This document shows positions 32,019 to 44,679 of a stretch of DNA of 64,000 bases, in pieces; the stretch's first letter is position 1; each line of letters opens with the position of its first letter. The stretch is from NCBI GenBank assembly GCA_963777955.1, contig CAVZSQ010000018.1:1-64000 (forward strand). The letters run 5' to 3'. A program made the translations under genes and the position numbers. This stretch comes from Calditrichia bacterium. GTDB lineage: Bacteria > Calditrichota > Calditrichia > JAJRVZ01. The notes beneath the pieces are model-generated. The model was not told where the DNA came from. It did not search any database and saw only the letters and a program-made list of their open reading frames with translations.

Positions 32019-33380
32019 TTATTCAATGAATTTCCGGTGCAGTAATTTCACCGTTTTTTCAATCTTTTTTTCATCGACAATGAACATAAAACTGATCTGG
32101 GAGGACATTTGTGAAATCAGATCAAGTTTTATTTTTGCTTCACCCAGCAGTTTAATAATTTGCCAGACGATTACCGGATTATGTTTAAGGTTCTGGCCGA
32201 CGATACTGACGATTGCTTTCCCGGATTCAATATGGACATCCCCGCTAAAACTTAATTCCTTTACGATCCTGGCAATGTCTTCCTGCTTTTCGATGGTCAG
32301 GGAAAGGGTAGTGGCCGATTTATTGACGGCATAAACATGTTTACCGTACTTGGTCATGCGCTGAAAAAATTCTCCCAGAATTTCCGGTGAAAAAAGCAAA
32401 CTGGAAGATTGCAATGTTACCAGTGTAATATTTTCCTTATAGGCGATCGACTTGACATGCGGTTTCTCGCGAACCGTAATATTGGGTACGATGATAGTTC
32501 CTTTCTCTTCCGGAAAATGCGAGTTCAGAACCCGCACGGGTATAGACTGTTCCATGGCCGGCTGAATAGATGCGGGGTGTAATACCCGTGCACCGAAATA
32601 GGCCAGTTCAGAGGCTTCATCAAAAGTCATCATCTGCAGTGGTTTGGCCGAAGGAATAATCGTCGGATCGGCAGTCAGAATGCCATTGACATCGGTCCAG
32701 ATCTGAATTTCATCTGCGTCCAGTGCCGCTCCCAGCAGGGAAGCACTGTAGTCGGACCCATTGCGCCCCAGGGTGGTCGGCACCCCTTCGGGTGTGGCCG
32801 CAATAAATCCCTGGGTGATGATCAGCGGATCTTTTTTAAGCAGGGGAGCGATATGTTTCGCCGCGGCGCGGCGAATCGCCCGGGGAATTGGTTTGCTGCC
32901 GTTCTGCGGATCAGTGGTGATGATAAATTTGCGGGCATCAAGGTACTGCGTAGCGATACCATGCTGATTTAATGTCGCATTCAGTATCTGCGAGGATAAT
33001 ATTTCTCCGACTGATAAAATGGCCGGCATCAGATTTTCACTTTCAAAACGAATAGTCTCTACGGCACTCAACAGGACTCTTAATTTCTCTGTTTCCGTAG
33101 TGATAAAGTGCGTCAGATTTTCTTTGAGTTCAGTATCAGTGATCAACTCGGCGACCGTATGCAGATGCAAAGAATTGATCTGATCGATACATTTCCTGAC
33201 TTTTTGTTTCTGTTGTTTCACCGCTGCCTGCAAAGCTGCGACCAGTGTGTTGGTAACCCCGGCCATGGCCGATAATACAATGATCGGTTTACGCCGTTGA
33301 TATTTTTTAATAATGGAGACTACGTTCAGAATAGCCTGTGAATTTTTTACTGATGTCCCGCCGAATTTCATGATGATCAT
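32019..33380 (-). CDS. lysC: Aspartate kinase with two ACT domains
   Basis: MKFGGTSV, SAMAGVTN, TTLGRNGSDYSA, IWTDV.G, ELAYFGARVLHP. Confidence 0.9.
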   Translation of the reverse strand: MIIMKFGGTSVKNSQAILNVVSIIKKYQRRKPIIVLSAMAGVTNTLVAALQAAVKQQKQKVRKCIDQINSLHLHTVAELITDTELKENLTHFITTETEKLRVLLSAVETIRFESENLMPAILSVGEILSSQILNATLNQHGIATQYLDARKFIITTDPQNGSKPIPRAIRRAAAKHIAPLLKKDPLIITQGFIAATPEGVPTTLGRNGSDYSASLLGAALDADEIQIWTDVNGILTADPTIIPSAKPLQMMTFDEASELAYFGARVLHPASIQPAMEQSIPVRVLNSHFPEEKGTIIVPNITVREKPHVKSIAYKENITLVTLQSSSLLFSPEILGEFFQRMTKYGKHVYAVNKSATTLSLTIEKQEDIARIVKELSFSGDVHIESGKAIVSIVGQNLKHNPVIVWQIIKLLGEAKIKLDLISQMSSQISFMFIVDEKKIEKTVKLLHRKFIE

Positions 33381-33414
33381 TTTGGAAGTACTCCTCTATT
33401 TTTAAATTTAGAGC

Positions 33415-33526
33415 AGGGACAAAGGGACAGAGGGACAAAGATACAAAGGGATTAAAGTGAAAAAGTTATTTAAGTTCTCAATTTCCATATCTCTTTGTCC
33501 CTGTGTCCCTCTGTACCTTTGTCCCT
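33415..33526. repeat. Inverted pair of 8-mer tandem arrays (AGGGACAA)n / (TTGTCCCT)n
   Basis: About 4.5 units per arm (33415-33451 and 33490-33526), able to form a long hairpin between metX and lysC. Confidence 0.85.
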
Positions 33527-34655
33527 TATTCAATGAACGGCTTTATTATTTTACTCAATTGTTCAAATTCAATCAGAAACGCATCGTGTCCATAAATCGA
33601 CTTGATTTCCCGGTAGGCGGAATGCGGTATCAGACTGGAGATAGAACGCTGCTCATGGGCCGGGTAGAGAATATCCGTATCGATACCCAGGCACAGGGTT
33701 TTTGCCCGGATCGATCCCAGTACCTCGGCCAGTGTTCCGCGGCCGCGGGCCACATCATGTTGATCCATGGCCCGGGACAGGTAAAGAAAGGCGTTGGCAT
33801 CAAAGCGCTTGACCAGTTTTTCTCCCTGATAAGAGAGATAACTTTCCACCTGGAATAGATGCTGGTCAGTGGCTGCGGATGAAATGGAGTTGACCCGTTC
33901 CCGGGCAAAACGTGAATTAAAGATCAGATCGGCCCGGTAAGATACCATACCGATCTGCCTGGCCAGACTGAGGCCCTTGACCGGTTGAGTAACATACTGG
34001 CCCTGTTGCCAGACCGGATCGTTAAGAATAGCCTGGCGGGCCAGATGATTCAAACCGATACACCAGGCTGAATGCTGCACAGAAGTGGCAATAGGAATGA
34101 TTGATTTTACCATGTCGGGGTACATTACCGCCCACTCCAGCACCTGCATACCGCCCAATGAACCGCCGGTAATCGTATGAATTTTATTGACACCGAGTTT
34201 TTTCAACAGTGCATGCTGCACCCTGATCATGTCACGTACGCTCACTTCCGGGAAGGCCGTGCGATAGAGTTGGCCGCTGGCTGGATTTATACTGGCTGGC
34301 CCGGTAGTTCCATAACAACTTCCCAGGATGTTCGAACAGATAATGAAATACCGTGCGGGATCGAATATTTTTCCCGGGCCGACCATGCCGTCCCACCAGC
34401 CCTGGCTGGCCTGTCTTCATGGCCTGTAAATGCGGAGTCTGCGGATAAAACCTCTTCAGCGTATACGCCTTCACCGGCAACATGAGCATCACCGGTCAGG
34501 GCATGACAGATAAGGATCGCATTGCTGCCGTCGGAATTTAACCGGCCATGGGTTTCATAGGCTACGGTAACCGGGTATAAATCATGACCATTTTCCAAGC
34601 GTAACGGATCAGCGGAATCAAAAATTTGCGCCAGTTGGGTTCTGCCTTGTATCAT
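33526..34655 (-). CDS. metX: Homoserine O-acetyltransferase; two +1 insertions near 34442 and 34400
   Basis: CHALTGDAH, corrected [31 protein letters not shown]; 376 codons after correction. Confidence 0.9.
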
Positions 34656-34673
34656 GAATTCACCTTACCCCGG

Positions 34674-35993
<1,320 letters not shown>

Positions 35994-36044
35994 CTACCTC
36001 GCTTTCTTACTTTATTTATATTTATTTCTTTTCATATCCTGATT

Positions 36045-36084
36045 AAAAAAAAACCTCTTCCGGGTAGATCCAGAAGAGGTTTTT
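36045..36084 (-). terminator. Intrinsic terminator (riboswitch expression platform)
   Basis: Minus strand AAAAACCTCTTCTGG-ATCTA-CCCGGAAGAGG followed by a T-run. Confidence 0.85.
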
Positions 36085-36097
36085 AAATACGACCTTC

Positions 36098-36200
36098 TTC
36101 TTATCTGTCCCTAATCTCAGGGCAGGACGTAGCACCTTCCTCATCAGAGGGGTTGCTAAGGTTTCACAGGGCCCGTTCCCTCCACCTTTCGCGATAAGAA
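36098..36200 (-). ncRNA. SAM-I riboswitch (S-box)
   Basis: Minus strand TTCTTATC..AAAGGTGGAGGGA..GGCCCTGTGAAACC..GCAACC...AAGGTGCTA..TCC...GATAAGAA, upstream of metY. Confidence 0.95.
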
Positions 36201-36262
36201 AAATCTTTATATATCTATTTGACTAAAAACTATCCTCCAAACAATTTAAATAATTGAGGCGC

Positions 36263-36291
36263 AAATTAAGATATGAAAACAGAAATGTCAA
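36263..36291 (-). promoter_or_regulatory. Putative sigma70 promoter of the met operon
   Basis: TTGACA-17 nt-TAATTT upstream of the riboswitch. Confidence 0.5.
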
Positions 36292-36500
36292 GAATCTTCT
36301 GAATTTTTTTTAATAATTATTCATTGAATAGGCTTTTTTATTATAAATATAATGATTAGTGGAAATATATAATATTTTATTGTACTTATATTTATGTGAT
36401 CTTATATTTCGGTTATTAGACAAAATCTTTGCCTACTCTATAAATTTAAATTGAATTAGTTACGTAGATTTCTAATGTTTAATTGCAGGGAGACTATCCT

Positions 36501-38084
36501 ATGTCGAGAAACCATTTATTTTCTTTATTATTAATATTTCTTTGCTTCAACCTATTAAGGGCTAACATACTGTTTGTACCTGACAGCATAAGTACGATTC
36601 AAGCGGCCATCGATTCTGCTGCAAACGGAGATACTGTTCTTGTTGCTGATGGTCATTATATAGAAAATTTAAATTTATATGAGAAGAGTATCGTATTAGC
36701 TTCAAATTTTTTATTAGATTCATCAGCTGCGCATATTCAAAATACGATTTTAGATGGCTATAATACAGATAATGTGGTGAGAATCGGTGGTGATGCCAAG
36801 TTAATTGGATTTACCTTAACAAATGGATTTGATGAATCTGGTTATGGCGCTGCAGTTTTATGTGAGAATGATTTTTCCAGTGAGGAAATACCTGCTATTA
36901 AACCGGAATTAAGAGATCTGATTCTGACAGGTAATCATAGTTTGGACGGAAATTTATACTGCGAATATGTGGAAGCGCTTATTCAGAATGTTTCATTAGT
37001 AAATAATGAGGGTACAGGATTTTACATTCGTAAACACGGAAAAGCAATATTGATTAATGTTACTATTTGTAAAACTCCATGGATGTTAACTGGGGATGAT
37101 TTTTCCTTAGTGGTTTCTGCGCCGATTACTCATGTTACTGTAATTAATTCGATTTTAAATTACATATGGACAGGTGATCAACAGCAGATTATTACTTTTT
37201 ATAATTCTAGAATGGGAACAATTTGGGGTACTTGGATAGATGGAGGGGGAAATATATATGCCGATCCTTCTTTTGTCGATTCCGTAACTTATGAACTGTC
37301 CGATTCTTCTCCCTGCATCGGTGCTGGCATGGATTCGGTCCTTATAGGGGATCTATGGTACCATGCGCCGGACATCGATCTGCTGGGTAATCCCCGTCCG
37401 GCACCTGGACTTTCTAAACCTGATCTGGGGGCCTATGAGAATAGTTTGTCCACCCCCTTGATAGCAAAGATTTATATTCCCACTGCTGCATTATCATTTG
37501 ACTCCACTTTGGTGGATAGTACCAGCCTGAAATATTTGACCATCTATAATCAGGGGATAGTAGAATTAAAAATTGATTCGATCTATACTGATAATGAACA
37601 GTTTTTAGTTGAAAATACTCCTCTTAGTATTTTATCTGGCGACAGTGCAACAATTATGATTCACTTTACACCAAATCAACAGGGGGAAATTTCCGGATTA
37701 TTATTCATTCAATCGAATGACCCGCTTCAACCAGCAGTCGATATAAACCTGAGTGGTGTCGGTAAGATCCCATCATCCATTAATCTAAATGATCGACAAA
37801 TCCCTCTGACTTTTTCCTTAAAACAATGTTATCCAAACCCTTTTAATCCCTTGACTACCGTGGAATATACTCTTCCGCAATCCAGCGAAGTCGAATTAAT
37901 AATTTTTAACACACTGGGTCAACAGATACGGACTTTAGTCTCCCAGGTTCAAAATGCAGGATCATATAAAATAGTCTGGGACGGAACAGATAATCAAGGA
38001 ACTGCGGTCAGCAGTGGTATCTATATTTATCGTATAAAAGCGGGTAATTTCAGTTCCTGTAAAAAAATGTCGTTTCTAAAATAA
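36501..38084 (+). CDS. Secreted protein: beta-helix N-terminus, ASH/choice-of-anchor-like Ig domain and FlgD-type C-terminus
   Basis: TIQAAID.A..GDTVLV..G.Y.EN; GNI.ADP.F...L...SPCI.AG; PDLGAYE; I.SNDP; YPNPFNP. Confidence 0.75.
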   Translation: MSRNHLFSLLLIFLCFNLLRANILFVPDSISTIQAAIDSAANGDTVLVADGHYIENLNLYEKSIVLASNFLLDSSAAHIQNTILDGYNTDNVVRIGGDAKLIGFTLTNGFDESGYGAAVLCENDFSSEEIPAIKPELRDLILTGNHSLDGNLYCEYVEALIQNVSLVNNEGTGFYIRKHGKAILINVTICKTPWMLTGDDFSLVVSAPITHVTVINSILNYIWTGDQQQIITFYNSRMGTIWGTWIDGGGNIYADPSFVDSVTYELSDSSPCIGAGMDSVLIGDLWYHAPDIDLLGNPRPAPGLSKPDLGAYENSLSTPLIAKIYIPTAALSFDSTLVDSTSLKYLTIYNQGIVELKIDSIYTDNEQFLVENTPLSILSGDSATIMIHFTPNQQGEISGLLFIQSNDPLQPAVDINLSGVGKIPSSINLNDRQIPLTFSLKQCYPNPFNPLTTVEYTLPQSSEVELIIFNTLGQQIRTLVSQVQNAGSYKIVWDGTDNQGTAVSSGIYIYRIKAGNFSSCKKMSFLK

Positions 38085-38246
38085 TTATATTTAACTGGTA
38101 GAAGGGAAGTATTAAACTCCCCTTTAGCTGAAATCCGATTGTCTCGAAATCAAATAATAACAAAAAGTTAGAATTATTTAACAGATATATATGTTATAAA
38201 CTGATGACAAGTTTTAAAAAAAAGTTAAAAAAAAGCGCCTGAAGAC

Positions 38247-38275
38247 TTGACAAGATAAAGAATATTTAATATGTT
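38247..38275 (+). promoter_or_regulatory. Putative sigma70 promoter of the ilv-leu operon
   Basis: TTGACA-17 nt-TATGTT. Confidence 0.5.
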
Positions 38276-38308
38276 CAACTTTAAGTTTATAAATATTATC
38301 GAATATTT

Positions 38309-38461
38309 ATGCAAAACACGATCAGCAGAAGTAGATTGAACAGCAGAGGGATGAATAATCTCAAGGGCGGTCGTGTATCCGTTTTATCCATATTAAACCT
38401 TTATCTACTTAATCTTCTTATTGGGATTCTCATTATTAGCCTGATTCTAGTGATAGGCTGA
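38309..38461 (+). CDS. Putative ilv-leu attenuator leader peptide (50 aa; alternative start 38351)
   Basis: MQNT...VSVLSILNLYLLNLLIGILIISLILVIG*; 19 of the last 28 codons are Leu/Ile/Val; alternative pairings follow. Confidence 0.7.
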   Translation: MQNTISRSRLNSRGMNNLKGGRVSVLSILNLYLLNLLIGILIISLILVIG

Positions 38462-38571
38462 TAGTCGGTCAATCCCAAATCTGCAAAAAATAAATAGACA
38501 CTAAAACCTGCAATTTGGGGCTGACCCGAAGCAGGAAGTTGGTATTGAGTTTGGGAAAAATTGAGGTAATT

Positions 38572-40260
38572 ATGAGATCGGATCTGGTTAAATCAGGTTT
38601 TGAACGTGCACCGCACCGCAGTCTGCTGCGGGCTACCGGTGTAATTCAAAGTGAAGCGGATTTCAAGAAGCCGTTCATCGGTGTCTGTAATTCCTATACG
38701 GATTTAATTCCGGGGCATGTGCATCTGCATGATTTCGCTAAGGTGGTCAAACAGGCGGTCCGGGATGCCGGCGGTGTTCCGTTTGAATTCAACACTATCG
38801 GCATCGACGACGGTATTGCCATGGGGCACATTGGCATGCGCTATTCTCTGCCCAGCCGGGAGTTGATCGCTGATGCGGTTGAATCGGTGATGGAGGCCCA
38901 TCGTCTGGATGGCATGGTCTGTATCCCCAATTGTGATAAAATTGTTCCGGGCATGCTGATGGCAGCGGCACGCCTGGATATTCCGGCCATATTTGTTTCG
39001 GGTGGACCAATGAAATCGGGCAGGACCACAACAGGGGAGAAGATCGATCTGATCTCGGTTTTCGAAGCAGTCGGGAAATATAAAACCGGAGAAATATCCG
39101 ATCCGCAATTGAAAGAATTGGAAACACTGGCCTGTCCTACCTGCGGTTCCTGCGCTGGGATGTTCACGGCCAATTCCATGAACTGCCTGATGGAAGCGCT
39201 GGGCATGGCTTTACCGGGCAACGGTTCGATCCTGGCTGTCGATCCGCGCCGGCAGGAACTGGCCCGTGAGGCAGGTAAAAAAATCGTTCAACTGGTAATG
39301 GCTGATATCACCGCTGCAAAAATATTGTCCAAAGCCGCTTTCATGAATGCACTTACTCTGGACATGGCTATGGGCGGCAGTACTAATACGGTCCTGCATA
39401 TCCTGGCCATCGCCGCGGAGTTGAATATGAAATTCGATCTTAATGATTTGAATAAGCTGTCGGAGCGGGTACCTTATATCTGCAAAGTAAGTCCGGCTAC
39501 CCGGGACGTACATATGGAAGATGTAGAGCAGGCCGGAGGGGTGTCTGCGATCCTGAATGAATTGTCCCGGCGCAAGAATTTGCTCGATCTGTCCGCCTTG
39601 ACTGTTACCGGGAAAACTCTGGGTGAAAACATCGCCACAGCGAAAAACAATAATCCGCAGGTGATTCGCAGTATTGATGATCCCTTTTCCAAAGACGGAG
39701 GACTGGCGGTATTATTTGGAAATCTGGCACCGCAGGGCGCCATTGTCAAAACCGGTTCGGTGGATCCTGAAATGATGATCCATGATGGTCCGGCCAGGAT
39801 ATATGATTCGCAGGATAAAGCAGTGGCGGGTATCCTGGCCAACCAGGTTAAACCCGGCGACGTTGTGGTCATACGCTATGAAGGACCGCGCGGTGGGCCG
39901 GGTATGCCCGAGATGCTTACTCCCACCAGCACGCTGATGGGTATGGGGCTGGGTGATAAGGTCGCTTTGATTACCGACGGCCGTTTTTCCGGGGGAACGC
40001 GCGGGGCCTGTATCGGGCATGTTTCACCGGAAGCTGCTGAAAAAGGACCCCTGGCGGCACTTAAAAACGGCGATATGATTCATATCGACATCCCCGGGAA
40101 AAAACTGTCGGTCAAATTATCCAGGGCGGAAATGCAGGTTCGCCTGCGGTCTTTGAAACCTTTTAAACCAAAAATCAAAAGAGGGTATCTGGCCCGCTAT
40201 ACGCAAATGGTTACCTCGGCCAACAGCGGCGCGGTTTTAAAGATACCTGTATCCAAATAG
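38572..40260 (+). CDS. ilvD: Dihydroxy-acid dehydratase
   Basis: [60 protein letters not shown] at ATG 38572. Confidence 0.96.
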   Translation: MRSDLVKSGFERAPHRSLLRATGVIQSEADFKKPFIGVCNSYTDLIPGHVHLHDFAKVVKQAVRDAGGVPFEFNTIGIDDGIAMGHIGMRYSLPSRELIADAVESVMEAHRLDGMVCIPNCDKIVPGMLMAAARLDIPAIFVSGGPMKSGRTTTGEKIDLISVFEAVGKYKTGEISDPQLKELETLACPTCGSCAGMFTANSMNCLMEALGMALPGNGSILAVDPRRQELAREAGKKIVQLVMADITAAKILSKAAFMNALTLDMAMGGSTNTVLHILAIAAELNMKFDLNDLNKLSERVPYICKVSPATRDVHMEDVEQAGGVSAILNELSRRKNLLDLSALTVTGKTLGENIATAKNNNPQVIRSIDDPFSKDGGLAVLFGNLAPQGAIVKTGSVDPEMMIHDGPARIYDSQDKAVAGILANQVKPGDVVVIRYEGPRGGPGMPEMLTPTSTLMGMGLGDKVALITDGRFSGGTRGACIGHVSPEAAEKGPLAALKNGDMIHIDIPGKKLSVKLSRAEMQVRLRSLKPFKPKIKRGYLARYTQMVTSANSGAVLKIPVSK

Positions 40261-40273
40261 AAAGGTCATCGAT

Positions 40274-41989
40274 ATGGTTAATAAGAACAAAATTTCAGGT
40301 GCAGAAATATTCTTTGAATGTCTGCGGCGGGAAAAGGTCGAATATATATTCGGCTATCCCGGCGGAGCCACTTTAAAGATTTATGAGCAATTGTATGATG
40401 TCAAATTTCTAAAACATATTCTGGTCAGGCATGAACAGGGTGCCACGCACATGGCGGAAGGGTATGCCAAGGCCACGGGCAAGGTCGGGGTGGTGTTGGT
40501 CACGTCGGGACCCGGTGCTACCAATACGGTAACCGGTATTGCGGATGCCTACATGGATTCAGTGCCGATTGTTGTGTTCACCGGGCAGGTTGCAACTCAT
40601 TTGATAGGTAACGATGCCTTTCAGGAAGCGGATATTATCGGCATCACCAGGCCTATCACCAAGCACAGTTTTTTGATCCGTAATCTGGCCGATTTAGCTG
40701 CTACCATCCGTAAAGCATTTTACATCGCCTCGACAGGCAGACCGGGTCCGGTAGTGGTTGACTTGCCCAAAGATATAATTGGTTCTCTTTGTGAGTTTGT
40801 ATATCCTGAAGAAATAGCGATCCGGGGGTATAAACCCAATTATGACGGTCATAAAGTTCAAATTAAAAAAGCAGCCAAAAAAATCAGCGAAGCCGAAAAA
40901 CCACTGCTGTATGTGGGCGGGGGTGTTATCATGTCCGGGGCAGCACCGGAATTGGCCTCTTTCGCCAGAAAAAATAACTTACCGGTGACCATGACCTTGC
41001 TGGGCCTGGGTGCCTTTCCGGCTGATGATAAACTATCGCTGGGAATGCTGGGGATGCACGGTACCTACTGGGCTAACCAGGCTGTAAATAACTGCGATCT
41101 GCTGGTTTCGCTTGGAGCACGATTTGATGACCGGGTGACGGGCAAAGTGGAGACGTTTGCCTGCAAATCATATAAGATACACATCGATATTGATCCGACT
41201 GCCATCGGTAAGAATGTTCTAGTCGATTTACCAATCGTCGGTGATGTTAAACAAATCCTGACCGATCTTGCTGCTGAAATGCCAGCCAAACCCAAAACTG
41301 ATAAGTGGCTGGAACAAATTAAAAAGTGGCAGCAGGAATGTCCGCTGCAGTACGACAATTCTGATGGGCAACTGCGGCCTCAATTTATCATTGAAAAAAT
41401 ATCTGAAATGACCAAAGGACAGGCCATAATTGTAACGGATGTCGGGCAGCATCAAATGTGGACAGCCCAGTTTTACCAATTTATTCACCCCCGCACCCAT
41501 TTAACCAGCGGTGGTTTGGGCACCATGGGTTTTTCAGTTCCGGCATCAATCGGTGCCTGTTTTGGCGTCAAAGACAAAATGATAATTTCGATCAGCGGGG
41601 ACGGCGGTTTTCAGATGAATATACAGGAATTAATTACGGCGGTTGCGAATAAACTGCCCATAAAGTTCATGATCATGAATAATAGTTTTTTAGGAATGGT
41701 CCGGCAGTGGCAGGAATTATTTCACGCTGAAAAATACAGTTTCACCGATCTGGGCAGCAGTAATCCCGATTTTGTCAAAGTCGGCGAAGCGCTGGGGCTG
41801 CCTTCCTGGTTGGTGGATAAACCGGAGGAAGTGGAGCCTACTTTGAAGAAAGCATTTGCTGTCAATGATAAACCGGTATTAATAGAATTCAGAGTGGTCA
41901 AGGAAGATATGGTTTTCCCGATGGTTCCTTCGGGGGGATCCATTTCGGATATGATTGTTAAAAGACTTAACCCGCAAAGGATGACATGA
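40274..41989 (+). CDS. ilvB: Acetolactate synthase large subunit
   Basis: FGYPGG, RHEQGA.H, TSGPGATN, GMLGMHG, DVGQHQM, GDGGFQMN. Confidence 0.95.
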   Translation: MVNKNKISGAEIFFECLRREKVEYIFGYPGGATLKIYEQLYDVKFLKHILVRHEQGATHMAEGYAKATGKVGVVLVTSGPGATNTVTGIADAYMDSVPIVVFTGQVATHLIGNDAFQEADIIGITRPITKHSFLIRNLADLAATIRKAFYIASTGRPGPVVVDLPKDIIGSLCEFVYPEEIAIRGYKPNYDGHKVQIKKAAKKISEAEKPLLYVGGGVIMSGAAPELASFARKNNLPVTMTLLGLGAFPADDKLSLGMLGMHGTYWANQAVNNCDLLVSLGARFDDRVTGKVETFACKSYKIHIDIDPTAIGKNVLVDLPIVGDVKQILTDLAAEMPAKPKTDKWLEQIKKWQQECPLQYDNSDGQLRPQFIIEKISEMTKGQAIIVTDVGQHQMWTAQFYQFIHPRTHLTSGGLGTMGFSVPASIGACFGVKDKMIISISGDGGFQMNIQELITAVANKLPIKFMIMNNSFLGMVRQWQELFHAEKYSFTDLGSSNPDFVKVGEALGLPSWLVDKPEEVEPTLKKAFAVNDKPVLIEFRVVKEDMVFPMVPSGGSISDMIVKRLNPQRMT

Positions 41990-41990
41990 T

Positions 41991-42509
41991 ATGAGACATA
42001 CAATTTCATTATTAGTGGAAAACACTTTTGGAGCTTTTGATCGCGTTCTGACCATGTTCAGCGCCAAGGGATTTAATTTGCACAGTATTTCCATAGGTGA
42101 AACGGAAATTCAGGACATTTCCCGTATGACCATTGTAACTTCCGGGGATGATCAGATTATCGATCAGGTAGTCAAACAACTGAACCGCCTGATCGATACG
42201 GTCAAGGTGATTGATCTAACCGGCCATGAAAAGACGGAGAGAGAATTAGCCTTGATCGCTGTTAATTATCAAAAAGGCACGTTGCAGGAATTAACCAATA
42301 TCAATGATATCTTTCGCGGAAATGTAGTTGATATCAATAATAAATCGATCACCCTGCAGATTACAGGCCCACCGGCCAAGATCAATGCAGTGGTGAATGT
42401 ACTTATGCCTTATGGCATCAAAGAGATGGCCCGCTCAGGAACGGTAACCTTAAAACGGGGTGAGCAGGTACGTCAACCCAAAAAAGAACTGGATACAACC
42501 AATATTTAG
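41991..42509 (+). CDS. ilvN: Acetolactate synthase small subunit
   Basis: ACT domain MRHTISLLVEN, SRMTIV, KQLNRLID, ERELAL, EMARSG. Confidence 0.93.
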   Translation: MRHTISLLVENTFGAFDRVLTMFSAKGFNLHSISIGETEIQDISRMTIVTSGDDQIIDQVVKQLNRLIDTVKVIDLTGHEKTERELALIAVNYQKGTLQELTNINDIFRGNVVDINNKSITLQITGPPAKINAVVNVLMPYGIKEMARSGTVTLKRGEQVRQPKKELDTTNI

Positions 42510-42520
42510 GAGAATAAAAC

Positions 42521-43525
42521 ATGCAAGTTTATTATGACCAGGATGCTTCGCTGGATAATCTGAAAAAGAAAAAAATTACTGTACTGGGTTACGGCAACCA
42601 GGGCCATGCCCATGTTCTGAATCTTAAAGACAGCGGGATGAATATATGTACCGGATTGGTCAAAGATGATCCTTCGCGCACCAAAGCAAAAGAGGATGGC
42701 GTCGAGGTGCAGGACATGGCCGAGGCAGTCCGCTGGGCTGATGTGATTATGGTGCTGCTGCCCGATCAGCTGCAGAAAAAAATTTATGATGAAATTATAA
42801 AAGATAATTTAAAGGATGGCGATACCCTGGCCTTTGCCCATGGCTTCAATATTCATTTTAAACAGATTGTACCTTCGCCAAAAATCAACGTAATGATGAT
42901 CGCTCCTAAAGGTCCGGGACACCTGGTGCGCCGGACTTTTGTCGAAGGAAGCGGGGTACCATGTCTGATCGCTGTACAACAGGATTACTCCGGTAATACA
43001 AAAGAGCTGGCCCTGGCCTGGGCCAAAGGCATCGGCGGAACGCGGGCCGGCGTTATTGAAACCAATTTCAAGGATGAAACGGAAACTGATCTGTTCGGAG
43101 AACAGGCCGTACTATGCGGCGGGTCGGCCGAACTGGTAAAGGCGGGATTTGAAACACTGGTTGAAGCAGGGTATCCGGCAGAGCTGGCCTTCTTTGAATG
43201 CATGCATGAGTTGAAACTCATCGTGGATCTTTATTATGAAGGCGGCCTGACCCGTATGAACCAGGCGGTGAGCGATACAGCCGAATATGGGGGAATGACC
43301 CGCGGGAAAAAGGTTATCACCGAGCAGACCCGTAAGGAAATGCGGAAAATTCTGAAGGCAGTCCAGGACGGATCCTTTGCCAAAGAATGGCTCGATGAAT
43401 ATGCCCAAGGACAACCGCTGCTGAATAAATTGCGGCAGGAAACTAAAGAACATCAAATTGAAAAAGTCGGAGCTAAACTGCGTCAGATGATGTCCTGGGT
43501 GGCGAAACCCGGAGTGAAGAGGTGA
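42521..43525 (+). CDS. ilvC: Ketol-acid reductoisomerase
   Basis: [41 protein letters not shown]. Confidence 0.96.
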   Translation: MQVYYDQDASLDNLKKKKITVLGYGNQGHAHVLNLKDSGMNICTGLVKDDPSRTKAKEDGVEVQDMAEAVRWADVIMVLLPDQLQKKIYDEIIKDNLKDGDTLAFAHGFNIHFKQIVPSPKINVMMIAPKGPGHLVRRTFVEGSGVPCLIAVQQDYSGNTKELALAWAKGIGGTRAGVIETNFKDETETDLFGEQAVLCGGSAELVKAGFETLVEAGYPAELAFFECMHELKLIVDLYYEGGLTRMNQAVSDTAEYGGMTRGKKVITEQTRKEMRKILKAVQDGSFAKEWLDEYAQGQPLLNKLRQETKEHQIEKVGAKLRQMMSWVAKPGVKR

Positions 43526-43529
43526 AAAT

Positions 43530-44587
43530 ATGACGCGTACGGTTACTCTGCTGCCGGGAGACGGCATCGGCCAGGAAGTCATGGCCGCTGCTGTGCGGGT
43601 CATGCATCAGGCAGCTAAAAAGGCTGACCTGGCCATCAAGACCGTTGAAAAACCGATCGGCGGTATTTCGATAGACGAGTATGATATCCCGCTGACCGAC
43701 GATACCATCCAGATGTGCCGTCAATCCGATGCGGTATTGCTGGGAGCAGTGGGCGGACCGAAATGGGAGAAGTTGGAGCACCACCGCAAACCGGAAGCCG
43801 GATTACTAAAGATCAGGAAAGCACTGGACCTGTTCGCCAATATCCGTCCGGCCCAGATCTATTCCGACTTCCTGGCAGCGTCTCCGATCAAACGGGAAAT
43901 CCTGGAGGGGGCGGATTTTATCGTGCTGCGGGAATTGACCGGCGGTCTCTATTTCGGCGAACCGCGGGGCTATGACCGGGACAAGGGCTGGAACACCATG
44001 ATTTACACCAGACCCGAGGTGGATAGAATTGCCCGGATGGCTTTTCAGATGGCCCGGCAACGGAAACAGCGGGTTCTTTCGGTGGATAAGGCCAACGTGC
44101 TGGAATGTTCCCAATTCTGGCGAACCGTAGTCGAAGAGGTGCATCGCGACTTCAGGGATATCGAACTAAAACATATGTATGTAGATAATGCCGCCATGCA
44201 GATCGTCCGTGATCCCAGACAGTTCGATGTGCTGCTGACCTCCAATCTGTTCGGCGACATTCTCAGTGATATCGCCGGGAGTATCACCGGCAGTCTGGGC
44301 ATGCTGCCTTCGGCAAGCCTGGGAACGAAATATGCCCTGTATGAACCGGTCCACGGCAGTGCTCCTGATATTGCCGGCAAAGACCTGGCCAATCCGATCG
44401 CCATGATTTCTTCGGTGGGGATGATGTTCAACTACTCTTTCCAGTTACCCCAGGTTGCCGGGTGGATTAACGAAGGAATTAAGCGCACTCTGGCCGAAGG
44501 TTACCGGACAAAAGATATCTGCACGGCCGCTGATACCCCGGTTTCCACCACCAGGATGACCGACTCATATTAAAAAATTTGGGGTGA
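43530..44587 (+). CDS. leuB: 3-isopropylmalate dehydrogenase; probable 1-nt deletion near the 3' end (ORF as read stops at 44573)
   Basis: LPGDGIG.E, GAVGGPKW, RELTGG.YFG, DKANVL, NLFGDILSD, EPVHGSAPDIAG; alternative tail MTDLILKNLG*. Confidence 0.93.
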
Positions 44588-44679
44588 AAGGAGACTTACT
44601 AAATTGTCATTCCGGGGATTGGGTAGTAACTGTAAAATATATGAATGTATATTGAGGATTAAATAAAAGGAATACAGAC

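Noticed and set aside
32019..33380. Aspartokinase as evidence for DAP-type lysine synthesis
   Set aside because: No dap genes in the window; it follows the met genes, and the adjacent lysine operon is the LysW type.
33457..33858. Plus-strand 133-aa ORF with CPCVPLYLCP
   Set aside because: It is a translation of the 8-mer repeat plus the antisense strand of metX.
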